A stretch of DNA of 64,000 nucleotides from a virus: the IMG/VR virus record IMGVR_UViG_3300007754_000004, positions 1 through 64,000 of that record; one strand, given 5' to 3'. Each line of letters opens with the position of its first letter. Positions within the stretch are counted from its first letter, which is position 1. The translations under genes were made by a program, and so were the position numbers. This document shows positions 1 to 7,948 of this stretch, piece by piece. The notes under the pieces are model-generated. The model worked only from the letters and a program-made list of their open reading frames with translations, was not told where the DNA came from and did no database searches.

Positions 1-174
1 CCCTCTAGGGGTAGGCAGGTATTGAGACCGGGTTTTCGAGGTCATAGGCCCGTTATCGAGTTTCGGTTGCCATCCCTCTAGGGGTAGGCAGGTATTGAGA
101 CTTGGGAACGTGATCTACACGTCATCTGATTCCGTGGTGTTGCCATCCCTCTAGGGGTAGGCAGGTATTGAGAC
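1..174 (-). CRISPR. CRISPR array end: 36-bp repeat GTTGCCATCCCTCTAGGGGTAGGCAGGTATTGAGAC, 37-bp spacers, truncated by the window start
   Basis: Identical repeats at 1-28 (partial), 66-101 and 139-174; unique 37-bp spacers at 29-65 and 102-138. Minus-strand orientation is inferred from the leader-like region on the right and from neighbouring gene orientation. Confidence 0.93.
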
Positions 175-374
175 TCTGGGGTCTCTCGATCTGCTTAAAT
201 AGCGGATCGAGAGGGTAGTTTTCGAGCGGGTTACTTATGCACAGGGTTATCCACAGGTTGTGGGGGGACTCTGGGGCTGTCAAAGATCGGGATTCTCTTG
301 GAATCCTGGTAGGTTACTTCCGCGCGAGCGGGTCCTGGGTTTCAGGCACCACGGACCCGCTCGAAAGGGCGGGG
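175..374 (-). promoter_or_regulatory. Probable CRISPR leader with a 13-bp hairpin (183-213) and tandem DnaA-box-like 9-mers (235-243, 247-255)
   Basis: Non-coding gap between the last repeat and the stop of ORF 375-614; CTCTCGATCTGCT-taaat-AGCGGATCGAGAG inverted repeat; TTATGCACA and TTATCCACA. Confidence 0.55.
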
Positions 375-614
375 CTACCCCAGCTTGGGATGGGGCTTGT
401 TCACGGTAAACTCCAGGTCCGGGATCTCCTGGGAGATGGCTGCGATTGCCTCTCGGGCTTCCTTGGCGGACTCGGAGATGGTATCGGGGAAGTGATCCTC
501 GATGGGCCCTACTTGTCGCTCCCAGGTAGCCGTAAGAGCCAACCCGGTGGCTTCCAACTGGCCGATCGCCTCGGAGATCTTCGTGAGCTGGAGAGTGAGG
601 AAGGCGGCGTTCAT
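375..614 (-). CDS. hypothetical protein (79 aa)
   Basis: ATGA overlap with upstream ORF; part of a coupled minus-strand gene train. Confidence 0.65.
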   Translation of the reverse strand: MNAAFLTLQLTKISEAIGQLEATGLALTATWERQVGPIEDHFPDTISESAKEAREAIAAISQEIPDLEFTVNKPHPKLG

Positions 615-865
615 GTCGAGGAGTCCTTCGTCCGTTGGATCCCGGTAACGTCCCGGGGATCCAGTTCAATGGTGTTGCAGGACCGCAGGGTATCCGAGAG
701 ACCCTCGACCACGGAGACAGAGATCGGGTTCCAGTCGCGGGCCTTCGCCGCGCGAAGGAGGGCGTCCAGGTGTCCTGCGAATCGGAGAGCGTCGTCTCCC
801 CGAAAGAACACCCCGGGCCAGTCGTCCGGGGCTTGAACCACGCCGGTCTCCAACCTGTCAGCCAT
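611..865 (-). CDS. hypothetical protein (84 aa)
   Basis: Overlaps both neighbours; protein-like composition. Confidence 0.65.
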   Translation of the reverse strand: MADRLETGVVQAPDDWPGVFFRGDDALRFAGHLDALLRAAKARDWNPISVSVVEGLSDTLRSCNTIELDPRDVTGIQRTKDSST

Positions 866-1370
866 TGTCGTTCCTCTTCGGCAAGTAAGCTTCTTCCGGC
901 TGAGGGATGAAGATGCTGGTCAGCCTGACCCGCACCACCTTCCCCTCGTGAGTCCCTGTCCGGTACCAGGACTGCGCCTGGACGGGTTCCAGACGTACCC
1001 AGGCTTTCCTCTGCCCATCCTGTAGCCTGGGGCGAAGGAGCACCACCTTGTAGGTGTGGCGGTGGTAGCGGCACATCAGGGGAAGCCCCTTCTTCTGGGC
1101 TCGTCGGATTTTGTCCCGAGCCACGCATCCCTGGTAGTGCTTCCCAGCAGCCGGGATGGGGTCGAGGACGTGATCCCCACTCAGCTCTCTCCCCTTTCGG
1201 GAGACCTTCCGGAACTTCCGCTTCGCCTTGCGGACCTCCCTGCGATGAGGGTTCAGGTAGTCTTCGGTGTACCCCAGGTCCGGGGACTCCTCAGCTCGTC
1301 GGAGGATACCTGTAGAGATCCTCGATGGCGTCGCTCGGATGCGACGAATCCAGTCCCGGGTGTCCCTCAT
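858..1370 (-). CDS. hypothetical basic protein (170 aa)
   Basis: ATG start, Arg/Lys-rich, 8-bp overlap with the next gene. Confidence 0.6.
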   Translation of the reverse strand: MRDTRDWIRRIRATPSRISTGILRRAEESPDLGYTEDYLNPHRREVRKAKRKFRKVSRKGRELSGDHVLDPIPAAGKHYQGCVARDKIRRAQKKGLPLMCRYHRHTYKVVLLRPRLQDGQRKAWVRLEPVQAQSWYRTGTHEGKVVRVRLTSIFIPQPEEAYLPKRNDNG

Positions 1371-1589
1371 GCTGTAACCTTGTGGGTGCTGGAGGAGGCA
1401 GGAGCCATCCTCCTCCAGCGTAGCTCCCCACGGGCTCCCGGGAGCGGGTGTTACTTGGGGGCAGGAACCAGCCCCGGTTCACTAGGCATTTAAGGATTTA
1501 CCCCTTGCTCCTGGTGGTCGCCTAGGCTCGCTCCAGTTGCGTCAGGTTCCTGGGGTGTTTCTTTATACCCTTTCGGGGTCAAGGTTGGT

Positions 1590-1694
1590 TCAGTAGGGGG
1601 GGTACCAGAGGCAGGCGGGGTCATCCTCGACGGCGAAGAACTCGTTCAGCTTCCAGAAGGGCCAGGAGAGGACACGCTTGAGAGTCTTGAGCAT
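1590..1694 (-). CDS. small protein MLKTLKRVLSWPFWKLNEFFAVEDDPACLWYPPY (34 aa)
   Basis: Read by hand (below the ORF-track cutoff); GAGG SD upstream; follows the stop of 1703-2071 by 8 bp. Confidence 0.5.
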   Translation of the reverse strand: MLKTLKRVLSWPFWKLNEFFAVEDDPACLWYPPY

Positions 1695-1702
1695 CAGGCA
1701 CC

Positions 1703-2071
1703 TCAGACGTACAGGTGGAGGATGATGAAGGGAAGATAGACCCATTGAGCGTTATCGGGAGCGATATCCCGCCTTACCTCAACGGTTACCGGAATTGCCC
1801 GCTGGAGTCTCACTCGGATCGCCTCTGCGATGTAGGAAGCGAGGGAGGGGGGAAACCCGAATCGCGTCGCGAAGGGGCTAAGAGCGATCTCCTCCGAGCC
1901 TTTGCCGGAAATGAGGACTTCCCTGAGGTTCGCGTTCACCCAGGCGAGAGCCTGCCCAGCCTGGGCTCGCTCGTTCTGTTGTCGCTCCAGTAGCGCCTTC
2001 GGTGGGACGCTGTCTCGGGCCAGTCTCGCGGCGATCCGAGCTTCAGAGAGTGCTTTCATTTCACCAGCCAT
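1703..2071 (-). CDS. hypothetical protein (122 aa)
   Basis: ATG start 1 bp after the upstream stop. Confidence 0.6.
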   Translation of the reverse strand: MAGEMKALSEARIAARLARDSVPPKALLERQQNERAQAGQALAWVNANLREVLISGKGSEEIALSPFATRFGFPPSLASYIAEAIRVRLQRAIPVTVEVRRDIAPDNAQWVYLPFIILHLYV

Positions 2072-2072
2072 G

Positions 2073-2384
2073 TCATTCCCTCATCTGGTTTGCGTTGAGA
2101 CGGCGACGCTTCTCTTCTTTCTCGGCCTCGACTCGCTGGGCGATCAGGATTTTCCTCTCGGCTTCCCGTCGCTCCCGCTCCCATGAGGCCCACTTCCAGG
2201 GCGGGACGTTGGTGCGAGGGATGAAGATACGAGAGACGAGGTTATCGATCTCACACCAGTTGTTCCCGTTGATCAGGAAGTGGTTCTTGACCTTGTGTCG
2301 AGACCACGCGACCCCGAAGAAGACACCCCAACCGAGCAAGGTTGCGCCGATCCCACAAAGACAGATGATCTCAATCAGGCCCAT
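2073..2384 (-). CDS. hypothetical membrane protein (103 aa)
   Basis: Hydrophobic N-terminal helix; starts 3 bp after the ligase stop. Confidence 0.65.
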   Translation of the reverse strand: MGLIEIICLCGIGATLLGWGVFFGVAWSRHKVKNHFLINGNNWCEIDNLVSRIFIPRTNVPPWKWASWERERREAERKILIAQRVEAEKEEKRRRLNANQMRE

Positions 2385-2387
2385 GGT

Positions 2388-4118
2388 TCACACTCCCGCC
2401 ATTTGCTCAGCCGCCGTGATCCCGATGACCTGGACTCCGTACTTTCGAGCCTTCTTCGCCTTCCCACTGTCGGCGGTGGGGTCGCTGGCGACGAGGTAGG
2501 TCAGGGACCTGCTGACCCCGGACTTCATCACGCCCCCGAGGCCCTCAATCGCCCGCTCCAGGTTGGAGTCACGGAAACCGGTGAAGCAGAAGCTCTTACC
2601 CTTCAGGGGGCCGGTCACCGGGGCCTTGATCGTGATCCCAGCCAGAAGGAGATGGTTGATGATCTCTTCGCGATCCCGGAGACCGTTGACGAATTCCCGA
2701 GCCTTCCTGGTCCCCACGCCGGGGATGGAAGCGATCTCCGCCTCGGTAGCCATCTCCATCTTCGGGAGGGTGTCGTAGCCCGCCTGGACGATCTTCTGGC
2801 ACATGGAGCGAGCCATCATGGGAATCCCCAGCGACCCGATGAGCAGGTGAAGCGGGAGGTCGGTCAGCTTCATCAGGTTGTCGTGAGCGATCTGGACCTT
2901 CCGACCCAAACGGGTCCCGTTCCCGTCCCGAATCTGCGTCGCCTTGGACAGGTTGAGCACATAGAGGTCCGCGGGCTCTCGGATGAGCCCGGCCTCGTAG
3001 AGAGGGACGATGATCCCATCACCCCAGCCCTTGATATCGAGCTTGGAGGTCCAGCGGTCAATCGCCCCGGCTCCCTGAGCCGGGCAGTTGTCGCCCAGAC
3101 ACTTCAGGAAGGCCCCGACCATCGTCAGCTTGCCGGAGCAGGAGGGACAGTCCGTGGGCTGACTCTGGAAGATGGGGGCGGCGTCGGTGGTCGCCTTGAC
3201 CCACTTCTCCACCTTGGGGATCACGTCCCCGCGGCGAGAGACGAAGATGGTGTCTCCGATCGCGAAAGCGGGCTTCCCACTCTTGTGGAGGAGGTCTCCG
3301 ATGATTCCCCAATTGGCGAGGGAGGCCCTCTTGACACTGGCTCCCGAGAGGACGACTTCCTTGAACACCGCGACGGGGGTAACGATCCCGGTCGGGCCGA
3401 CCTGATTCTCGATCCCCTCAAGAATCGTGTTGGCGGCGTCAGCCGTGAACTTGAACGCAGTGGAGCCCACCGGCCCCCGACCGCTGGTGCCCAGGCTGTC
3501 GAAGAAGTCCCGATCATCCTCCTCGTAGATCAGCCCATCGATATCGTAGTCGAGGGTTGCCCGCTTGGTGTCCTGGTACTCCTTGTGCCACGCCAGGGCA
3601 TCGGGGAGATCGATGAAGCACTCCCAGGCTGGGGTCCGGAAGCCCAGCCGCTCCAGCAAGCGGAACTCGACTCGCTTGCTGGCGATCTTCCTCCCGCCGT
3701 CTCGCCGGATCTCGTAGGCGATGACGGTGAGATGCTGATTGTCCGACCGAGCGGAGTCCTCACGCTTGGCGATGCCCACCGCTCCGTTGCGAGGGTTCAC
3801 CATCGTGGGAAAGTGAGCCTTCCAGTCGCTCTTGAGGAGCACGATCTCCGCTCGGATGAAGCCGGTGAAGCCCGGGATCACCTTCACGAGCCCCTTCATC
3901 AGCTTCACGTTCTCGGTGATATCGACCCCGACCATCCGGCCGGTCTGGGGATCCTTCTTCCCCCGGGTCACCCCTCGGGCGAGGCTCCCGTTCTCGTAGT
4001 AGAGAGCGCAGTTGTGAGCCAGGGCTCCGCTGCCGACAAAGTAGGCGTGAGTGTCCTTGACTTCCATGTCATAGGCCACCCGCTCTCCGGGGACTCTCTC
4101 GACGCTGACGACTCTCAT
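2388..4118 (-). CDS. ligA: NAD-dependent DNA ligase, C-terminal part, fused behind a 36-aa split-intein C fragment
   Basis: After HN|C: CALYYENG..TRG, YDIDGLI, AFKF, QVGPTGIVTPVA (OB fold), RRGDVIP, CPSC..C..C zinc finger, HhH repeats, BRCT (GKSFCFTGF). Confidence 0.93.
   Translation of the reverse strand: MRVVSVERVPGERVAYDMEVKDTHAYFVGSGALAHNCALYYENGSLARGVTRGKKDPQTGRMVGVDITENVKLMKGLVKVIPGFTGFIRAEIVLLKSDWKAHFPTMVNPRNGAVGIAKREDSARSDNQHLTVIAYEIRRDGGRKIASKRVEFRLLERLGFRTPAWECFIDLPDALAWHKEYQDTKRATLDYDIDGLIYEEDDRDFFDSLGTSGRGPVGSTAFKFTADAANTILEGIENQVGPTGIVTPVAVFKEVVLSGASVKRASLANWGIIGDLLHKSGKPAFAIGDTIFVSRRGDVIPKVEKWVKATTDAAPIFQSQPTDCPSCSGKLTMVGAFLKCLGDNCPAQGAGAIDRWTSKLDIKGWGDGIIVPLYEAGLIREPADLYVLNLSKATQIRDGNGTRLGRKVQIAHDNLMKLTDLPLHLLIGSLGIPMMARSMCQKIVQAGYDTLPKMEMATEAEIASIPGVGTRKAREFVNGLRDREEIINHLLLAGITIKAPVTGPLKGKSFCFTGFRDSNLERAIEGLGGVMKSGVSRSLTYLVASDPTADSGKAKKARKYGVQVIGITAAEQMAGV
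4011..4118 (-). mobile_element. split intein C fragment (IntC, 36 aa)
   Basis: MRVVSVERVPGERVAYDMEVKDTHAYFVGSGALAHN followed by Cys+1: block F (YDMEV..H.YF) and block G (HN). Confidence 0.92.
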
Positions 4119-4238
4119 GGGCTGTTCCTATGTAGGAAAGCGTTCACCTTCTCCAGTACCCGAGAGGGACCACGCTTCCAATCTTCCCATACGACCAGCA
4201 CACGGAAACTTGCCGACCAAAATGCCCCCAGACACGAT

Positions 4239-4559
4239 TCAACGGACTGTAAACCAGTCTCTCATCCGAATTGCCCGATCAATGGCGTCTTTCGCGTCGT
4301 TGATCGACGGCTTGCAGTACCAGAGAGGGAAGTCTACCTGGAAGAAGCAGTGACCCCCATCTATATCCGGTAGCTGGATGATCCGAAAATTCTTGTAGAA
4401 GTGCTCCGTAGCTTCCCTTTGCAGGTCCCTGACATAGTGAAATTGTGCTCGGTCTAAGGCTGCCTCGCACCAGGGAACAACGATCAAACCTTCCTCTGAG
4501 ATGAAACCCTGGCAGGTATCGTATGGGTGGCATCGGTGAAATGTCAGGACTATACGCAT
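4239..4559 (-). CDS. hypothetical protein (106 aa) between the split-intein halves
   Basis: ATG with GAGGA SD; visibly AT-richer than its flanks. Confidence 0.6.
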   Translation of the reverse strand: MRIVLTFHRCHPYDTCQGFISEEGLIVVPWCEAALDRAQFHYVRDLQREATEHFYKNFRIIQLPDIDGGHCFFQVDFPLWYCKPSINDAKDAIDRAIRMRDWFTVR

Positions 4560-4611
4560 GACGGAATCCTCTATTGATATCCGTCAGGTAGTACCGAGGC
4601 TGTAATCCGGT

Positions 4612-5244
4612 TCAGAACCCCCACCGGAGAGCTGTCCAGACCATCGTGTCTTTCCTGCTGACGTAGGGGTGAAGGGCTTCGGGCTCTACGGGTATCCCGA
4701 AGGCATCCCGCAGCATCTCGCGATACCTATCGTAGGTGTCGTTGGATCGGTATCTGGGGCTCCCGTCCACGTTTAGCACCAGGAGAAATTCGCCCAGCCT
4801 CTCCCGCTGCCGCTGAGCGAATCTGGCGAGGGCTCTCAAATCTCGCTGGATGGTTCTCTTCCCCTTGACTGCCCGGAAGGAGTCATAGACGAGGACTCCG
4901 ACCCGGTCGAAGGCCCCCACCCGCCGGAGGGCCGGAATCAGGGGGCCTTGATGCCAGCTTGCTGGAGCCTCGGGGCCATAGTGGTTTCTGCAACCTAGGA
5001 TGATTTCGGGGTCGGTGTCCACGCCGATAAAGCGAGCCGGGGACGCCAGGGCTTCCCGGTCGAGTAGGAGCCGGAGGGTGGGGGCTTGCGTCCCCGCTAG
5101 CTCCATCCAGTCGCAGCGGAGAGCCTGCTGGGAGCGAGACCAGAGGAAGGAAGACCGGCGGACGATCTTGAGGGCATGTAGCCGGGTCTCGTCCTTGGCC
5201 TCAAACCCCTGGTCGGAGAGAGTTGTGCTGGTGAAGTCAGTCAT
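4612..5244 (-). CDS. putative SAM-dependent methyltransferase-like (Rossmann fold) protein, ~210 aa
   Basis: Start reassigned to ATG 5244, which overlaps the helicase stop; WMELAG, RFIGVDTDPEII and VLVYDSF resemble degenerate motif I/II/IV strands. The fold call is tentative. Confidence 0.5.
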   Translation of the reverse strand: MTDFTSTTLSDQGFEAKDETRLHALKIVRRSSFLWSRSQQALRCDWMELAGTQAPTLRLLLDREALASPARFIGVDTDPEIILGCRNHYGPEAPASWHQGPLIPALRRVGAFDRVGVLVYDSFRAVKGKRTIQRDLRALARFAQRQRERLGEFLLVLNVDGSPRYRSNDTYDRYREMLRDAFGIPVEPEALHPYVSRKDTMVWTALRWGF

Positions 5245-7945
5245 CAGCCAGCTCGTCCAGATTGGCGGGGACAAAGGGTGTCTTGGCTCGGGGGTTCTTT
5301 TTGAACCCCCGGTCGTGTAAAAGCCGGGCGAGTGAGGACCCCCCCGGAAGGCCCCACTTTCCTCGGGCGATGGCGAGGTTGAGTCCTTGCCAGGACGTGT
5401 GAAAACCAATGTAGGGGAAAGCGTCGTCGGTCATCTTGGTTTTGGGGAACTGCCCAAATTGCCGGTAAAACTTGATCGCAGCGTTCACCACTGCATCTTC
5501 TGTCAGATCCGAGGGCTTGATTATCTTGTTCACCTTGAGCCCCCTCTCATGGAGGAGTCTCGCCAGGGAGCTGCTTCCCGGCAGGCCCCACCACCCCTCT
5601 TTTAATGCTATGTCCACACTCCCCCATGATGTAGAGAAATTAAAATGATTGTCCGCCCGACCGGAAGCCGCTTGGGGCCAAACTCCATTTTCTCTGTGGA
5701 AATTCTGGGAAGCTTGGACCACATCATTTTCCGTAAGGTCCACCGGTTTGACTGCTTGACTAAATTTGAGCCCCCTCTGGTGAAGTAGTTGGGGGAGGGT
5801 TGAACCCCCTGGTAAGGATTGAAAACCGCGATCCAATGCCGCGGCAACTCCTCTCCAGGAGACGGGAAAACCAAATTCCCGGGAGGCATCCCCCGATGTT
5901 TCGGTGGGCCACTTCCCGGTTCTATTGTGAAAGCCTTTGGCGGCTGTCACGATTAGTTCTTCTGTCAATCCGGGCCTGGATGCCAGATTGGCTCGTAACC
6001 CCCGCCTATGCAATAGTTGTGCAAAGGTCTCCCCACCAGGAAGCCCTCTTAAACCCTCATAGAGGGCACAATGGACAGCCGTCCACGTTTCCCGAAACCC
6101 GAAATCCTTGGCTGCATCCCCCGTGTTTGAGGAGGGCCACCTTCCCGTTCTCGCATGGTGTCTTTTGGCGGCCTCCACGATCATGTCTTCGGTAAGATTC
6201 GGCTTGTTGAAGTATGCCGTGAGGCGACCTACCACGTCCTTCGCATCCTTCCCCGTGAACGCTGAATAGACCGCCAGGACCCGCGCAGCTTCGGTGTAGG
6301 TCTGATCCCGGTAATCCGCGAGAATCTCGTTCCAGGCCGCGATGTAATCCTCGCGGATTTCTCCTATTGGGAGAGCTGGGCGAGTAGCTCCGACGAACTC
6401 CCCCGCCAGTTGCAACCCGGCTTGATGCTCTACAGGACTCAGGCTCAAGCTCGTCAGGTATCCCTGTAGCTGGCCGACGTTGGGGGCTTCCCCTGTCCGG
6501 GATTCATACAGGCCCGCCCAATTTGTGAGACGGGCTCGCATCCTCAGCAGAATGTGGTCCGGGACCTCCACACGCTGACGGTCCCGAATCCGCTGGACTC
6601 GATCCCCCTCGCCTCTCGGTGGACGTGACCAGGATCTCTCCATCCGAATTCGCAGATCCGCTCGGACTTCTCTCGCGACCTCCCAATCCGCCATGTAGCA
6701 GGCGAGCAGGAAGGCGTAGTTGTGGTGCTGCTTTTCAAACTGAGCCAGCACATCGTCCGGGACCTGCTGAACGAAGAGGGTAATCCGGGCATCCTCCGGG
6801 TGTGGGTGGCCGGCGATTTCGCTCTTGTTCCGGAAAGCCCGACCCCATCGCTGAAGGATCAGCCCGAAGCTGCGGGGGATCCCCATGTTGTAGACGTGGG
6901 AGCAGAGGGGCCAGTCCGTGCCCTCATCAAACCGCTTACAGGCGAGGATGACGTCCGTAGTTGAATCCTCATACCGAGAGACCTCTTTATCGACCTCCAG
7001 TGCCGCCTGAAGCCGCTCAGCGACGTCTCTACCCACCCCGACCGCATCAACTACCCGCACGCCAGGAGAGGCCGCCTGGAGGGCTTTCAGAAGCCGGTTC
7101 GTGAACCGACGAGACCGCTTCGCAGGGACGATAAAGACCGCTTTCGGCTTTCCGTCCGCGACCCACTTGTCTACGAGCCACCGATGGGCTGTCCCGGAGT
7201 TGTTCTCCTGGGCGGATAGCTCCTCTCCAGCGTACTGCCGAGCCGTTTCGGCTACGGAATCCATGAGCACGGTCTGAATCTGGAAGTTGCCAGGGGCGTA
7301 CCCCGAAGCGGCGTGATCAGAAATCGTCCAGATGTGCGTCTTGGTGCCTTCCGGGAAGACCTCTTGACCGTCTGACCGGAAGGGGGTCGCCGTAGTCCGG
7401 AGGACGGTCCCGCCCCGGGACTCCCATGCCACACCGAAATCACCGATCTTGGTATTCAGCCGCCTGTCGGAGTCGCTGGTCCCTGCGTGGTGCCCCTCGT
7501 CCAGAATGAGTAGCTTCCCTGTCAGGTCATCCGGGAGGGTACGTTCGCCCCAGCAGGCGAGCTGCTGGTGGGTCGTCAACAGAAACGGCGTGTCCAACTC
7601 CCCCGTCAAGAGCGACCTGAAGTTCTCCTGCTTGTGCTCTTCTTCTCGCAGGCGGAGAAATTCACCCTCCCGAGCGGTGAACGCCACGGCGGCGGACGAC
7701 CAGGGGATATCGTGAGGATCGACCTGGAGGTACCAGTCCTGCTTGAAATTCTCTTCGATCTGAATCGAGGGAGCCGCGATCACGACCCCGGAGAATATCG
7801 GCCGGGTCTTGGAGACGAGACCCGCCAGGATGAGGCTCTTCCCGCTCCCGGTCGGGGCGACTAGACCCAGGCTCTTATGCCCATCAGAGGCATAGGCTGA
7901 CAGGTCCAGCACCGCATCCCACTGGTATGGGCGAAGGGTCTTCAA
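5237..7945 (-). CDS. SF2 DEAD/DEAH-box (ResIII-like) helicase with four C-terminal ~77-aa repeats (902 aa)
   Basis: LRPYQ, APTGSGKS, LILDEGHH, TATPFRSDG, FDEGTDWP, QRWGRAFR; TTG start 3 bp after the LigA-N stop. Confidence 0.9.
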   Translation of the reverse strand: MKTLRPYQWDAVLDLSAYASDGHKSLGLVAPTGSGKSLILAGLVSKTRPIFSGVVIAAPSIQIEENFKQDWYLQVDPHDIPWSSAAVAFTAREGEFLRLREEEHKQENFRSLLTGELDTPFLLTTHQQLACWGERTLPDDLTGKLLILDEGHHAGTSDSDRRLNTKIGDFGVAWESRGGTVLRTTATPFRSDGQEVFPEGTKTHIWTISDHAASGYAPGNFQIQTVLMDSVAETARQYAGEELSAQENNSGTAHRWLVDKWVADGKPKAVFIVPAKRSRRFTNRLLKALQAASPGVRVVDAVGVGRDVAERLQAALEVDKEVSRYEDSTTDVILACKRFDEGTDWPLCSHVYNMGIPRSFGLILQRWGRAFRNKSEIAGHPHPEDARITLFVQQVPDDVLAQFEKQHHNYAFLLACYMADWEVAREVRADLRIRMERSWSRPPRGEGDRVQRIRDRQRVEVPDHILLRMRARLTNWAGLYESRTGEAPNVGQLQGYLTSLSLSPVEHQAGLQLAGEFVGATRPALPIGEIREDYIAAWNEILADYRDQTYTEAARVLAVYSAFTGKDAKDVVGRLTAYFNKPNLTEDMIVEAAKRHHARTGRWPSSNTGDAAKDFGFRETWTAVHCALYEGLRGLPGGETFAQLLHRRGLRANLASRPGLTEELIVTAAKGFHNRTGKWPTETSGDASREFGFPVSWRGVAAALDRGFQSLPGGSTLPQLLHQRGLKFSQAVKPVDLTENDVVQASQNFHRENGVWPQAASGRADNHFNFSTSWGSVDIALKEGWWGLPGSSSLARLLHERGLKVNKIIKPSDLTEDAVVNAAIKFYRQFGQFPKTKMTDDAFPYIGFHTSWQGLNLAIARGKWGLPGGSSLARLLHDRGFKKNPRAKTPFVPANLDELADD
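5276..6196 (-). repeat. four tandem 76-77 aa protein repeats (LTE..V.AA..FH...G.WP...G.....F...SW..V..AL..G..GLPGGSSLARLLH.RG)
   Basis: Repeat starts at 6196, 5968, 5737 and 5506 (spacing 228, 231, 231 nt). Confidence 0.9.
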
Positions 7946-7948
7946 GAC

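Noticed and set aside
237-1128. ORFs 237-836 (+) and 280-1128 (-)
   Set aside because: Low-complexity Pro/Arg/Gly-rich alternative frames overlapping three better, overlap-coupled genes.
2280-4373. 697-aa plus-strand ORF
   Set aside because: Antisense shadow of ligA-C caused by high-GC codon bias; the same applies to 14009-15223, 33862-34779, 39327-40715, 40794-42347 and 51982-53061.
4551-4556. Additional CGTATA hexamers (4551, 35260, 51374, 58451)
   Set aside because: No matching -35 hexamer at 15-16 bp, or located inside a CDS start; not counted as promoters.
5237-7945. Cas3 as the identity of the helicase near the CRISPR array
   Set aside because: No HD nuclease domain and no cas5/6/7/8 neighbours; the motifs are ResIII-like.
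4119-7948. Group I/II intron or RNA-level splicing to join the ligase halves
   Set aside because: Both halves carry clear intein blocks with their own stop, start and SD; no intron core or RT/maturase is visible.
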